Shown piece by piece: positions 53,100-62,129 of a stretch of DNA of 64,000 bases (its first letter is position 1; the number at the start of each line of letters is the position of its first letter). Below the pieces are notes generated by a model. It ran no database searches and had not been told where the DNA came from. It worked only from the letters and a program-made list of their open reading frames with translations. Source of the stretch: Vicinamibacterales bacterium (GTDB lineage: Bacteria; Acidobacteriota; Vicinamibacteria; Vicinamibacterales; 2-12-FULL-66-21); the NCBI GenBank assembly GCA_035575695.1, contig DATLXP010000016.1, forward strand, positions 8,125 to 72,124. The letters run 5' to 3'. The position numbers and the translations under genes are program-made.

Positions 53100-54122
53100 T
53101 TGACACTGACAGAGCTTGCCGAACGGCTCGAATGCCGCCTCGAGGGTGACGGCGCCATCGAAATCTGCCGGGTCGCGGGCATCGAGCACGCCGGCCCCTC
53201 AGACATCACCTTCTTTGCGAACAACAAGTACGCGGCTGCACTGCGCGAGACGCGCGCCGCAGCGGTCATCCTCGGGGACACAGCAGACGCCGCGCCCTGC
53301 GCGATGCTGCGTACGAAGAACCCGTACCTGGCGTTTGCCAGGGCGGTGGAGGTCTTCGCCGACGGCTGGAAGCCGGCCCCTGGGGTTCATCACCTCGCGT
53401 GGGTCGCCGAGGGTGCGCGGATCGCGCCTGACGCATCCGTCGGTCCCTATGTCGTGGTCGGTGAAGGTGCGACGATCGGCGCGCGCACGATCGTGCTGCC
53501 TCATGTGACGATCGGCCGGCAGGTGCAGATTGGCGACGATTGCCTGATCCACGCGGGCGTGTCGCTGCGGGAACGCGTCATCGTCGGCCACAGGGTCATC
53601 ATCCAGGACGGCGCAGTGATCGGCAGCGACGGCTACGGTTTCGCGCGCGCCGCCGACGGCAGCCACTACAAGATCCCGCAGGTCGGAGCCGTCGTCATCG
53701 AAGACGACGTGGAGATCGGCGCGAACACGACCATCGATCGCCCCGCCGTCGGTGAGACGCGTATCGGCGCCGGCACGAAGATCGACAACCTCGTCCAGAT
53801 AGCCCACGGTGTGACGGTGGGGAAGCGGGTCCTGCTGGCGGCGCAGGTCGGCGTGTCGGGCAGCACGACGCTCGAAGATTCCGTGACGCTCGCCGGGCAG
53901 GTCGGTGTCGCCGGCCATCTCACGATCGGCAAGGGGACGGTCGCCACCGCGCAGACCGGCATCCCGAACTCGGTCGAGGCCGGCTCCTTCATTTCCGGTT
54001 ACCCCGCGATAGACAACCGCGACTGGCTCAAGGCCTCCGCTGTATTCCGGAAGCTGCCGGCGCTTCGGAAGACGATCGCGGACCTTCAGCGGCGCCTCGC
54101 CAAGCTGGAAGAGAACGAGTAG
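53100..54122 (+). CDS. lpxD: UDP-3-O-acylglucosamine N-acyltransferase
   Basis: 340 aa with a TTG start. It has the LpxD N-terminus (LTELAERL...ITFFANNKY) and hexapeptide repeats. Confidence 0.92.
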   Translation: MTLTELAERLECRLEGDGAIEICRVAGIEHAGPSDITFFANNKYAAALRETRAAAVILGDTADAAPCAMLRTKNPYLAFARAVEVFADGWKPAPGVHHLAWVAEGARIAPDASVGPYVVVGEGATIGARTIVLPHVTIGRQVQIGDDCLIHAGVSLRERVIVGHRVIIQDGAVIGSDGYGFARAADGSHYKIPQVGAVVIEDDVEIGANTTIDRPAVGETRIGAGTKIDNLVQIAHGVTVGKRVLLAAQVGVSGSTTLEDSVTLAGQVGVAGHLTIGKGTVATAQTGIPNSVEAGSFISGYPAIDNRDWLKASAVFRKLPALRKTIADLQRRLAKLEENE

Positions 54123-54140
54123 CGTCATAATCAGAAGTCC

Positions 54141-55511
54141 ATGGGTACACGATTGATACGCCGCTCCTTCAGCGTCTTGCTCGGTCTCGTCACGGTGCTC
54201 GGCTTCGGTCCGTCGGCCACGGCGTCCAACCGGCCACCCAAGCTCAATTACACGATGACGACGTTGCCGAACGGGCTCAAGGTGGTCATGCTCGAAGACC
54301 ACTCGACGCCGATCGTGCATGCCGAGGTCTGGTATCACGTGGGATCGAAGAACGAGAAGACCGGGCGGACCGGCTTCGCCCATCTCTTCGAGCACATGAT
54401 GTTCAAGGGGTCCAAGAACGTGGAGCCGGAAGGGCACCCGTCGTGGATCTCGAGCGTGGGCGGGCAGAGCAATGCCTACACGAACGAGGACGCGACGGTG
54501 TTCTGGCAGACGTTTCCGGCGCAGTACCTGCCGCTCGTCGTGTGGCTGGAGGCGGATCGTCTCGCGTCGCTGCGTATCGACGAAGCGGTGTTCAAGACCG
54601 AACGGCAGGTCGTCAAGGAAGAGCGGCGCATGCGGGTCGAGAATCAGCCCTACGGCCGCTTGAACGAGATCGTCTACGACCAGGCCTTCACGGTGCACCC
54701 GTACAAGCACTCGACGATCGGCAGCATGAAAGACCTCGAAGCGGCGTCGATCAACGACGTCCGCGAGTTCTTCCGGACGTTCTACGTGCCGGGCAACGCG
54801 ACGCTCGTGCTCGTCGGGGACTTTGACAGTAAGGAAGCGCTCGGACTGGTCGAACAATACTTCGGGCGCATTCCGAGATCCGAGAAGCCGGTCGCGCGGG
54901 ACATCCCGACCGAGCCCGCGCAGACGAAGGAGCGCCGCGTTCGCCTCGAAGAGAACTGGCCGCTGCCCGCCGTCGTCGTGGCGCATCACATCACGTTTGA
55001 CGGGCATCCCGATTCCTACCCCCTGCACATCGCCTCGAAGGTGCTGTCGGACGGCCAGAGCTCGCGCATCCATCGCAAGCTCGTCTACGAGAAGCAGCTG
55101 GCGCTTGCCGCCTTCGGCGGCGGCAACATTATCGAGCACCCTAACCTCTTCTTCGCGGTGGCCATCGTGCAGCCCGGCAAGGCGCCCGATGAGGCGCAGA
55201 GCGCGCTGATTGCGGAGCTGGATCGACTCCGGAAGGAACCGATCAGCGCCGCGGAGCTGCAGCAGGCGAAGAACCAGTTCGCGCGCGACTACATCTTCAG
55301 CCGCGAGTCGAACAAGGACAAGGCGAGCCAGCTCGGTCACGCCGTCGTCATCCACAACGACGTCAAGACGGCCGACGGCGAGTTCGACATCTTCATGAGC
55401 ATCACCGCCGCGGACGTGCAGCGGGTCGCCCAGAAATATTTCACCCCTGAGAATCGGCTGCTGCTGACGATCATGCCCAAGGGCTCAGGCAGCGCGGGAG
55501 GTGGCCAGTGA
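54141..55511 (+). CDS. M16 (pitrilysin-family) zinc peptidase, active-type subunit
   Basis: 456 aa with a signal peptide and an intact HxxEH motif (HLFEHMMFKG). Confidence 0.9.
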   Translation: MGTRLIRRSFSVLLGLVTVLGFGPSATASNRPPKLNYTMTTLPNGLKVVMLEDHSTPIVHAEVWYHVGSKNEKTGRTGFAHLFEHMMFKGSKNVEPEGHPSWISSVGGQSNAYTNEDATVFWQTFPAQYLPLVVWLEADRLASLRIDEAVFKTERQVVKEERRMRVENQPYGRLNEIVYDQAFTVHPYKHSTIGSMKDLEAASINDVREFFRTFYVPGNATLVLVGDFDSKEALGLVEQYFGRIPRSEKPVARDIPTEPAQTKERRVRLEENWPLPAVVVAHHITFDGHPDSYPLHIASKVLSDGQSSRIHRKLVYEKQLALAAFGGGNIIEHPNLFFAVAIVQPGKAPDEAQSALIAELDRLRKEPISAAELQQAKNQFARDYIFSRESNKDKASQLGHAVVIHNDVKTADGEFDIFMSITAADVQRVAQKYFTPENRLLLTIMPKGSGSAGGGQ

Positions 55512-57757
55512 GCCGCCGGACCGCGGCCCTGGCGCTGGCTCTCCTGGCGCTCGCGTCGACCTCCCAGGCGCAGGTCCAGAGCTGGCCATCGGAGCGACCG
55601 CCGCGGCCCCTGGCGGCGCGCGAGGTGAAGTTTCCGCCGTACGAGTTCCGGACCCTGCCGAACGGGTTGCAGGTGATCGCCGTCTCGCATCATGAACAGC
55701 CCGCCGTCAGCGTGCGCCTGATCGTTCGCGCGGGCGGTGCACAGGATCCAGCCGACAAACCGGGCGTGGCATCGCTCGCCGCGACGCTGCTCGACCAGGG
55801 GACCACGACCCGGAGCGCCGAGCAGATTGCCACCGGCATCGATTCCATTGGCGGCGCCCTGGCGGTGGGGGCGGGATCCGACCTCACCTTCATCAACGTG
55901 GCCGTCATGAAGGACAGCCTCGACGTGGCGCTTCAGCTGGTGGCGGACGTGGCACGTAACCCCGCGTACTCTCCGCAGGAGATCGAACGCCAGCGGCAGC
56001 AGATGATCTCCGCGATGAAGGTCAGTTACGAGGATCCGGACTACATCGCGGGCACGGTCTTCGATCGCCTCGTCTACGGGTTTCACCCGTACGGCAAGCC
56101 GGACTCCGGCACACCGGCCTCGCTCGCGTCGCTGACGCGCGACGATCTCATCGCCTTCCACAAGCGCTGGTTCGCCCCGAACAACGCGATCCTCGCGATC
56201 GTCGGTGATGTCTCGCCGGAGCAGGCGTTTGCCGGCGTGGAGAAAGCGTTCGGCTCCTGGCGGAAGACCGAGCTCACCACCATAACGGCCGGCGAGGTGC
56301 CTCCGCCGACGCGACGCGTCATCGTCGTGGATCGTCCGGGTGCCGTGCAGACGGAGATTCGCGTGGGCAACATCGGGTTGCCGCGCAAGCACAAGGACTT
56401 CCTGGCGCTCGATATCGCGCTGAAAGTCCTCGGGGGTGAAGGGGGGAACAGGCTGCACCGGGTGCTCCGGTCCGAGCGCGGCCTGACGTACGGCGCCGAA
56501 GCGGACATCCATGCGCTGAAGGACACGGGGGACTTTGTCGCGAGCACTGACACGAAATCGGAGACGACGGCGGAAACGCTCCGGCTGATCGTCGACGAAA
56601 TCTGGAAGCTGCAGCGCCAGCGCGTGCAACAGCGCGAGCTCGCCGACGCCCAGGCGTATCTCACGGGGAGCTTTCCGCTCACGATCGAGACACCCAGCGC
56701 CATCGCGCTGCAGGTACTGAACGCGGTCTTCTACGGGCTCGACCTGGAGGAGCTGCAGAACTACCGCGAGCGCGTGAATGCGATCACCCCGGAGGACATC
56801 CAGCGCGTGGCGCAGCAGTACCTGCACCCCGATCGGTTGTCGATCGTCCTCGTCGGCGATTCGGCCATCTTCGGCAAGGACCTCGCCGGAGCCGGCTTCG
56901 AGACGATCGAGCGGGTCCCGATGAGCGAGCTCGACTTCACGGCCCCGGACCTTCGGAAGAAGCGCCTTGGGGCGGTTCAGGGTTCAGGGTTCAGGGTTCA
57001 CGGTTCACCGGTGCTGCTTCCGGCAGCGTTCAGTCGGCAGACTCCGGCCACGAAGCCGCGGGTGGACGCCCTTGCGAGCGATGCGCGGGCGCTGATCGCC
57101 AAAGCCATTGCGGCGCGCGGAGGTCTGGAGCGCCTGCGATCCATCAAGACGGTCAAGGCAACAGCCGACATGGACTTTGCGACGAAGTCCGGGCCCGCGC
57201 GGGTCGCGACGACGACCTATGTGAAGTACCCTGCGCAGTTCCGGATCGACGCGACGGGCCCCGACGGACGCCAGGTGCAGACATTCGACAACGGCAGCGC
57301 GTGGATCGGCGACGACTCGGGGGCGCGCCAGGCGCCTCCCGCCTACGTACAGCTGCTGCAGGCAAGCGTCCAGCGGGATCCCGTGTCCCTGCTGCTCGCG
57401 CTGCACGACAATCGAGTCGGCGGCCGTCGCATCGCCGACATCACCGTCGCGGGGACCGCGATGCCCGCGCTCGAAGTGCAGCTTGCGCCCGCGGGCCGGC
57501 TGACGCTGCTGTTCGATGGCGCCACCGGGCTGCTCACGGCTCAGCGCTATGGCGGCACGCCGGGGGATCCCGCGACCGAAGAGACCTTTCTCGATTACCG
57601 GGACGTCCAGGGGCTGAAGGTCGCGTTTCGCGTGCGCGTGCGAGTCGACGGCCAGCCGCCGTTCGTCCGGACCATCCGCACGATCGACTTCAACGTTCCG
57701 GTGGATGCGGCCTTGTTCGTGAAGCCCGAAGCCCGAAGCCTGAAATCCCAAGCCTGA
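55508..57757 (+). CDS. M16-family peptidase, non-catalytic-type subunit, fused to a C-terminal LolA-like (lipoprotein-sorting-like) domain
   Basis: 749 aa with a signal peptide. The HxxEH position reads ASLAATLLDQG. The M16 fold runs to about aa 480. A heptamer-encoded linker follows, then ...AKAIAARGGLERLRSIKTVKA...FDNGSAWI...DYRDVQGLKV, which matches the LolA-like fold pattern by eye. Confidence 0.75.
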   Translation: MSRRTAALALALLALASTSQAQVQSWPSERPPRPLAAREVKFPPYEFRTLPNGLQVIAVSHHEQPAVSVRLIVRAGGAQDPADKPGVASLAATLLDQGTTTRSAEQIATGIDSIGGALAVGAGSDLTFINVAVMKDSLDVALQLVADVARNPAYSPQEIERQRQQMISAMKVSYEDPDYIAGTVFDRLVYGFHPYGKPDSGTPASLASLTRDDLIAFHKRWFAPNNAILAIVGDVSPEQAFAGVEKAFGSWRKTELTTITAGEVPPPTRRVIVVDRPGAVQTEIRVGNIGLPRKHKDFLALDIALKVLGGEGGNRLHRVLRSERGLTYGAEADIHALKDTGDFVASTDTKSETTAETLRLIVDEIWKLQRQRVQQRELADAQAYLTGSFPLTIETPSAIALQVLNAVFYGLDLEELQNYRERVNAITPEDIQRVAQQYLHPDRLSIVLVGDSAIFGKDLAGAGFETIERVPMSELDFTAPDLRKKRLGAVQGSGFRVHGSPVLLPAAFSRQTPATKPRVDALASDARALIAKAIAARGGLERLRSIKTVKATADMDFATKSGPARVATTTYVKYPAQFRIDATGPDGRQVQTFDNGSAWIGDDSGARQAPPAYVQLLQASVQRDPVSLLLALHDNRVGGRRIADITVAGTAMPALEVQLAPAGRLTLLFDGATGLLTAQRYGGTPGDPATEETFLDYRDVQGLKVAFRVRVRVDGQPPFVRTIRTIDFNVPVDAALFVKPEARSLKSQA
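56974..57008 (+). repeat. Five tandem heptamers (GGTTCAG x3, GGTTCAC x2) inside the CDS at the M16/LolA-like junction
   Basis: Read directly. It is translated as VQGSGFRVHGS. Confidence 0.9.
57721..57755 (+). repeat. Five tandem heptamers (GAAGCCC, GAAGCCC, GAAGCCT, GAAATCC, CAAGCCT) forming the last codons of the CDS
   Basis: Read directly. It runs into the TGATG stop/start overlap with lpxB. Confidence 0.85.
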
Positions 57758-58908
57758 TGCGCGTGATGATCTCGTGCGGCGAGCCGTCCGGCGATCTTTA
57801 CGCCGGCGCGCTCGCAGCGGAGATCCTGCGGGCCGATCCATCCGCCGAGATCGTCGGTTTCGGCGGCGACCGCCTCGAAGCCGCCGGCGCCAGGCTCGTG
57901 CAGAACTTCAGCGGCCTCTCGGTGACCGGCCTGCTCGAAGTCGTTCGCCTCCTCCCCAGGACATACGCGACGTATCGCCGGCTCCTGGCGGACGCGGAGG
58001 CCAGGCGCCCGGACGTGTTCGTCGCCATCGACTTTCCCGACTTCAACTTCATCCTCGCGCGCGCGTTGAAAAGGCGCGGGATCCCGATCGTCTACTACAT
58101 CAGTCCGCAACTCTGGGCGTGGCGCTCCGGCCGGATGGCCACGATGAAGCGCATCGTCGATCGCGTCCTCGTAATTTTTCCGTTCGAAGAACAGATTTAC
58201 CGGGATGCAGGGGTGGCGGTCGAGTGGGTCGGGCACCCGCTGTTCGACGTCGCACCGGAACCCGCGCCCCGGGAGGCGTTCCTCCGCCGTCTCGGCCTGG
58301 ATCCCTCTCGCCCGGTCGTCGCGCTGCTCCCCGGGAGCCGTGCCAACGAGCTGCGAGCGATCCTGCCGGATCTCGCGGCATCCGCCCGGTTGATACGGGA
58401 CCACGTGCCCGGCACGCAGTTCATCGTCTCGCGCGCGCCGCACCTGGCCACAGCGCTGTTCGAACCGATCCGGCGGGCGATGCCCGAAGACGCGGGTGTC
58501 GTGGTGATCGACGGGCAGGCTGACGATGTGCTCGCGGCCGCCGATGCCGCGGTGCTGGCGTCCGGCACCGTCACTGTGCAGGCGGCGCTCCACGAGTGTC
58601 CGATGGTCGTCGTCTACAGGCTCTCCCCCCTGACGTATCGAATCGGCAAGCCGTTCGTGCGGGTCGATACGTACGCGATGCCCAATCTCGTCGCCGGTCG
58701 CCGTGTGGTGCAGGAGCTGATACAGGACGCGTTCACGCCGGCGGCTGTCGCGACAGAGACGGTGCGTCTGTTGACGGATCGAGCGTATGCCGCGCGGATC
58801 CGCCGTGACCTCCGGGACGTCAGGCAGAGACTGGGTGAGCGGGGCGCGAGCCGGCGCGCGGCGGAGGCGGTGCTCAGAGTTGCGCGGCCGTCCAACTCCG
58901 TGCGCTAG
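57757..58908 (+). CDS. lpxB: Lipid-A-disaccharide synthase
   Basis: Starts at the internal ATG (MRVMISCGEPSGDLYA). 383 aa. The longer track ORF (57301) overlaps the upstream gene. Confidence 0.92.
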   Translation: MRVMISCGEPSGDLYAGALAAEILRADPSAEIVGFGGDRLEAAGARLVQNFSGLSVTGLLEVVRLLPRTYATYRRLLADAEARRPDVFVAIDFPDFNFILARALKRRGIPIVYYISPQLWAWRSGRMATMKRIVDRVLVIFPFEEQIYRDAGVAVEWVGHPLFDVAPEPAPREAFLRRLGLDPSRPVVALLPGSRANELRAILPDLAASARLIRDHVPGTQFIVSRAPHLATALFEPIRRAMPEDAGVVVIDGQADDVLAAADAAVLASGTVTVQAALHECPMVVVYRLSPLTYRIGKPFVRVDTYAMPNLVAGRRVVQELIQDAFTPAAVATETVRLLTDRAYAARIRRDLRDVRQRLGERGASRRAAEAVLRVARPSNSVR

Positions 58909-58917
58909 ACTGGATGC

Positions 58918-59475
58918 ATGCGCCGTATCTATTCGTTGTGTGCAGTACTGATGTGCTGGGCGGTCCCGCTCGCGGCGACCGTCATCCTTTCTGCCGAGTT
59001 TCGCGAGATCGTCACCGGCTCGCAGATCATCGTCCACGGACGAGTGATCGACGTGCAGTCGGAGTGGGTCGAGGGGCAAAGGCGAATCGACAGCCTCGTC
59101 ACGCTTCAACCGTCCGCGTTCTATCGCGGCACGCCGACCGCGACCGTCACGTTCCGGGTACCTGGCGGCCAGGTGGGGCGGTATAAGAGCGTCACGGTCG
59201 GCGCGCCGGAGTTTCACGCAGGGGATGAGGCCGTTCTGTTTCTGCGCGGTCAGGGGCCGGCCATCCCGTCGGTGTTCGGGCTCAACCAGGGGGTCTTTCG
59301 CGTCCGCGTGGACGCGCGCAGTGGCGGGCGACTCGTGATCCTCCCCGCGCTCATGGCCAAGGGTGAGACGCCCGAGCGCGTGGTGCGCGGCGCCCGGGAC
59401 CGGCGTCCGCTGCCGCTCGATCAGTTCGGCGCGCAGGTTCGCGCTGTCCTGCTGCAGCAGGGAGGCGCCCAGTGA
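58918..59475 (+). CDS. Secreted hypothetical protein, beta-rich, upstream partner of the matrixin
   Basis: 185 aa with a signal peptide (..AVPLAA/TV). I recognised no family. Confidence 0.55.
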   Translation: MRRIYSLCAVLMCWAVPLAATVILSAEFREIVTGSQIIVHGRVIDVQSEWVEGQRRIDSLVTLQPSAFYRGTPTATVTFRVPGGQVGRYKSVTVGAPEFHAGDEAVLFLRGQGPAIPSVFGLNQGVFRVRVDARSGGRLVILPALMAKGETPERVVRGARDRRPLPLDQFGAQVRAVLLQQGGAQ

Positions 59476-60491
59476 ACCGCGCAACCCCGACGGTGTCGCG
59501 CGCCCTCGTCGTGTTGCTGATCGTCGCCTGTATCGCTGGATCCGGCGAGCCCGCCTCCGCGTATCTCAAGCTCGGTACGCGTGTCGGTGGTCGCCTCGTG
59601 ACGCTGAAGTGGGAACGGTTTCCCATCCGGTATTTCGTCACCAACCGCGGCAGTGCCACGGTCTCGCCCCAGCAGTTTCAGACCGCCGTCGCCACGGCCT
59701 TCTCGAAGTGGGACACGGTGCCGACCGCGGAGCTCTCGCAGGAGTTTGCCGGGTTCACGTCGGCTTCTCCGTCGCTCGGCGATGGCATGACGACGATCGG
59801 CTTTGTTGACCGTCCCGATCAGGACCGCGTCCTGGGCGCCACGAATTTTCTCATCGATACCGTCGACGGCGAGATCATCGAATCGGACATCTTTCTGAAC
59901 TCGACCTTTCCATACTCGGTCGCGGCCTCAGGCGAAGTCGGGCGTTTCGACGTGGAGTCCATTGCGCTCCATGAGATCGGTCATCTCCTCGGTCTTGGCC
60001 ATTCGGCGATCGGCGAAACCGAACTGCGGGCCGGCGGACGCCGCGTGCTCGGCGCGGAGGCCGTCATGTTTCCGATCGCCTTCTCGTCTGGAACCATCGA
60101 GGGTCGGACGCTCAAAGCGGACGACATCGCCGGGATCTCCGACATCTATCCCAACGCCCTGTTCCGCAGCGAGCGCGGCAGCATCAGCGGCACGGTGATG
60201 AAGGGGGGCACCGGCGTCTTTGGCGCGCACGTCGTGGCGTTCAATACGCGCACGGGAAAACTGGTGGGCGGCTTCGCGCTCAATCAAAGTGGAGCGTTCG
60301 TCATTGCCGGTCTCGAAGCCGGTCCGCATGTCCTCCGTGTTGAACCGCTGGACGACGGTGACATCGAGAGTTTCTTCGACCGGACGCTGAACGTCGATGT
60401 GAACTTCCAGGTGAAATTTCATGACCGGCTCATCGTGGTCCCGCGGGGCGGCGGGGTGAGCAACGTGGCGATCACCGTGGTGCCCAAGTGA
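59472..60491 (+). CDS. Matrixin-family (M10) zinc metalloprotease lipoprotein with C-terminal carboxypeptidase-regulatory-like domain
   Basis: 339 aa. Lipobox LIVAC, HEIGHLLGLGHS, Met-turn AVMFP. The GTG start overlaps the upstream stop (GTGA). Confidence 0.85.
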   Translation: MNRATPTVSRALVVLLIVACIAGSGEPASAYLKLGTRVGGRLVTLKWERFPIRYFVTNRGSATVSPQQFQTAVATAFSKWDTVPTAELSQEFAGFTSASPSLGDGMTTIGFVDRPDQDRVLGATNFLIDTVDGEIIESDIFLNSTFPYSVAASGEVGRFDVESIALHEIGHLLGLGHSAIGETELRAGGRRVLGAEAVMFPIAFSSGTIEGRTLKADDIAGISDIYPNALFRSERGSISGTVMKGGTGVFGAHVVAFNTRTGKLVGGFALNQSGAFVIAGLEAGPHVLRVEPLDDGDIESFFDRTLNVDVNFQVKFHDRLIVVPRGGGVSNVAITVVPK

Positions 60492-61174
60492 GGCGCGCGT
60501 TGGTGGTGCGCTGCGTGTGTCTGGTGACGGCGTTGCTCAGTACAAGCGTGCCGGCGCACGCGCAATCGGTCGGGCGAGAGACGCCGCGCAAAGGTTCGCT
60601 CGAGCTGAGCGGGGGCGCCCTCTGGACTGGCGGAACTGATCAGGGGAATGCGACCGCGACGTTGACGCGCAATCCGTCCACCGGCTCAGGGGCGTTCGAG
60701 CTGTTCCGGTCGGATGCGACGGTGGGGTCCGTCGTCGGACTGCAGGCGCGGTTCGGCGTGTATCTCTCATCGTCGTTGTCGCTCGAGGCGGGCGCCCAGC
60801 TCGCCCGGCCGGAGCTGCGAGTGCGGCTGACGGGGGATTCGGAAGGTGCGCCGGACGTGACCGCGACCGAATCGATCACGAGTTACGTGTTCACGGGCTC
60901 GGTGGTGTATCACGTGCGGCGGTCGGGGCGGTTCCGGCCGTTCCTGCTCGCGGGCGCGGGACACGTGCGCGATCTTCATGAGGGAAGCGACCTCGTCGAG
61001 ACCGGGCCTGAGTATCACGCCGGTGGAGGTGTGAAGTTCTGGCTGGGCAACGGCCGCCGGAAGTTCGGGCTCCGCAGCGACGTCGGCATCTCGGCGCGCG
61101 ACGGGGGCGTCGGCGCGGATGAGGAGCGCCGGATCGTGCCGACGGCGGCAATCTCCCTCGCGTATCTCTTCTGA
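60488..61174 (+). CDS. Small outer-membrane beta-barrel protein
   Basis: 228 aa. It has a signal peptide (..VPAHA/QS), alternating strands and a C-terminal ...SLAYLF. The GTGA overlaps the matrixin stop. Confidence 0.7.
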   Translation: MRRALVVRCVCLVTALLSTSVPAHAQSVGRETPRKGSLELSGGALWTGGTDQGNATATLTRNPSTGSGAFELFRSDATVGSVVGLQARFGVYLSSSLSLEAGAQLARPELRVRLTGDSEGAPDVTATESITSYVFTGSVVYHVRRSGRFRPFLLAGAGHVRDLHEGSDLVETGPEYHAGGGVKFWLGNGRRKFGLRSDVGISARDGGVGADEERRIVPTAAISLAYLF

Positions 61175-61183
61175 GCAGGAGCT

Positions 61184-61221
61184 CTCACTCACGGACGCAC
61201 GGGCGTCAGTCCGTGAGTGAG
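61184..61221. terminator. Perfect 13-bp hairpin between convergent genes (candidate bidirectional terminator)
   Basis: CTCACTCACGGAC-(12 nt)-GTCCGTGAGTGAG. No U-tract. Confidence 0.55.
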
Positions 61222-61229
61222 GGGCAGAC

Positions 61230-62129
61230 TCAGCCCACGCGCGCGAGTTCCATTGTCACACCCGTGTCGGTGACCTCGTACAACGCGATCGTGCGCCCGG
61301 CCCACGCGGCGCCGCTCTGGCCGTTGAGGCCGACCGCGATACCATCCCGCCACTCCAGCCTCGTGCGATGCACGTGGCCGCACAGGACGAGCGTCACGCG
61401 GGCGTCGACCGCAGCACGCCAGAACGTCTCCCGGTCGTTCCGCGCGATCTCCATCGGCACGCACACCTCGCGGACGATCCGGCCGAATGCGGATGCCCAC
61501 CGCGAACTGAAATCCCTCCGGTCGGGAGCCCAGCGAAATGGCGGCGCGTCGAGCGGATAGTGATGCGCGAGCAGCAGCATCGGCCCCTGGCCTGCCTGAC
61601 GGGCGAGCCACTCGCTCTCGGCGGGGCGCACGCATCCCACGGCATGCCGAAGGGTCACCGTGCCGGCCGCGTAGGTGAAGGGTTTCCACGGGACAGGCAC
61701 GGTGTCGATGACCGCGATTCGCGCTCCCGCCCTGATGGTCTTCACGAACGGTGAGGCGCCCGCCACGCCGGGCGCGCGCGCATGTACCATCGACAGGAAC
61801 TGGCGTCGCCGGCGCTCGACGAGCGGGGGCGGGTCCCAGAACCGCAGCGCCAGGCGCCACAGATCCTTGCCGCGGCGAGGATGGCCCCCACTCGATGCAA
61901 GGTCGTGGTTGCCGTGAAGCAGCGTCAGGCGATCGGCGTCCAGGAGTCCGCGCGCTGCAAAGGCGTCGAGCGCGCGCCTGAACAACGCGGGATCCCAGCG
62001 GTCGAGCAGGTCACCGGTCACGGCCAGATGCACGGCGCGGCGCGCACAGATGTGATCCAGCTGTTGTTCCAGCCAGGCCACATCGCCAGCGTCCCTCAGG
62101 TGAAGATCGGACAGGTGCGCGATGAGCAC
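61230..62129 (-). CDS. Calcineurin-like metallophosphoesterase
   Basis: 299 aa with a GTG start. LIAHLSDLHL, GDLLD, GNHD, GHVH. Confidence 0.85.
   Translation of the reverse strand: MLIAHLSDLHLRDAGDVAWLEQQLDHICARRAVHLAVTGDLLDRWDPALFRRALDAFAARGLLDADRLTLLHGNHDLASSGGHPRRGKDLWRLALRFWDPPPLVERRRRQFLSMVHARAPGVAGASPFVKTIRAGARIAVIDTVPVPWKPFTYAAGTVTLRHAVGCVRPAESEWLARQAGQGPMLLLAHHYPLDAPPFRWAPDRRDFSSRWASAFGRIVREVCVPMEIARNDRETFWRAAVDARVTLVLCGHVHRTRLEWRDGIAVGLNGQSGAAWAGRTIALYEVTDTGVTMELARVG

Noticed and set aside
57739-57753. Shared 11-mer CTGAAATCCCA with the TonB-dependent receptor 3' end (about 38376-38386)
   Set aside because: An 11-nt match is expected many times by chance among all position pairs in a 64-kb window on two strands. 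No extended similarity surrounds it.
55508-57757. Splitting the 749-aa ORF into two genes at the in-frame GTG 57011
   Set aside because: There is no stop codon between the domains. The putative second protein would lack a signal peptide despite having a periplasmic-type fold. I kept it as one fused CDS and flagged the junction.
62122-62129. Genuine 8-nt overlap of divergent start codons (metallophosphoesterase versus ABC ATPase)
   Set aside because: Overlapping 5' coding ends of divergent genes leave no promoter space. The ATPase has an in-frame GTG at 62158 that matches the usual N-terminus position, so the overlap is probably an ORF-calling artefact.
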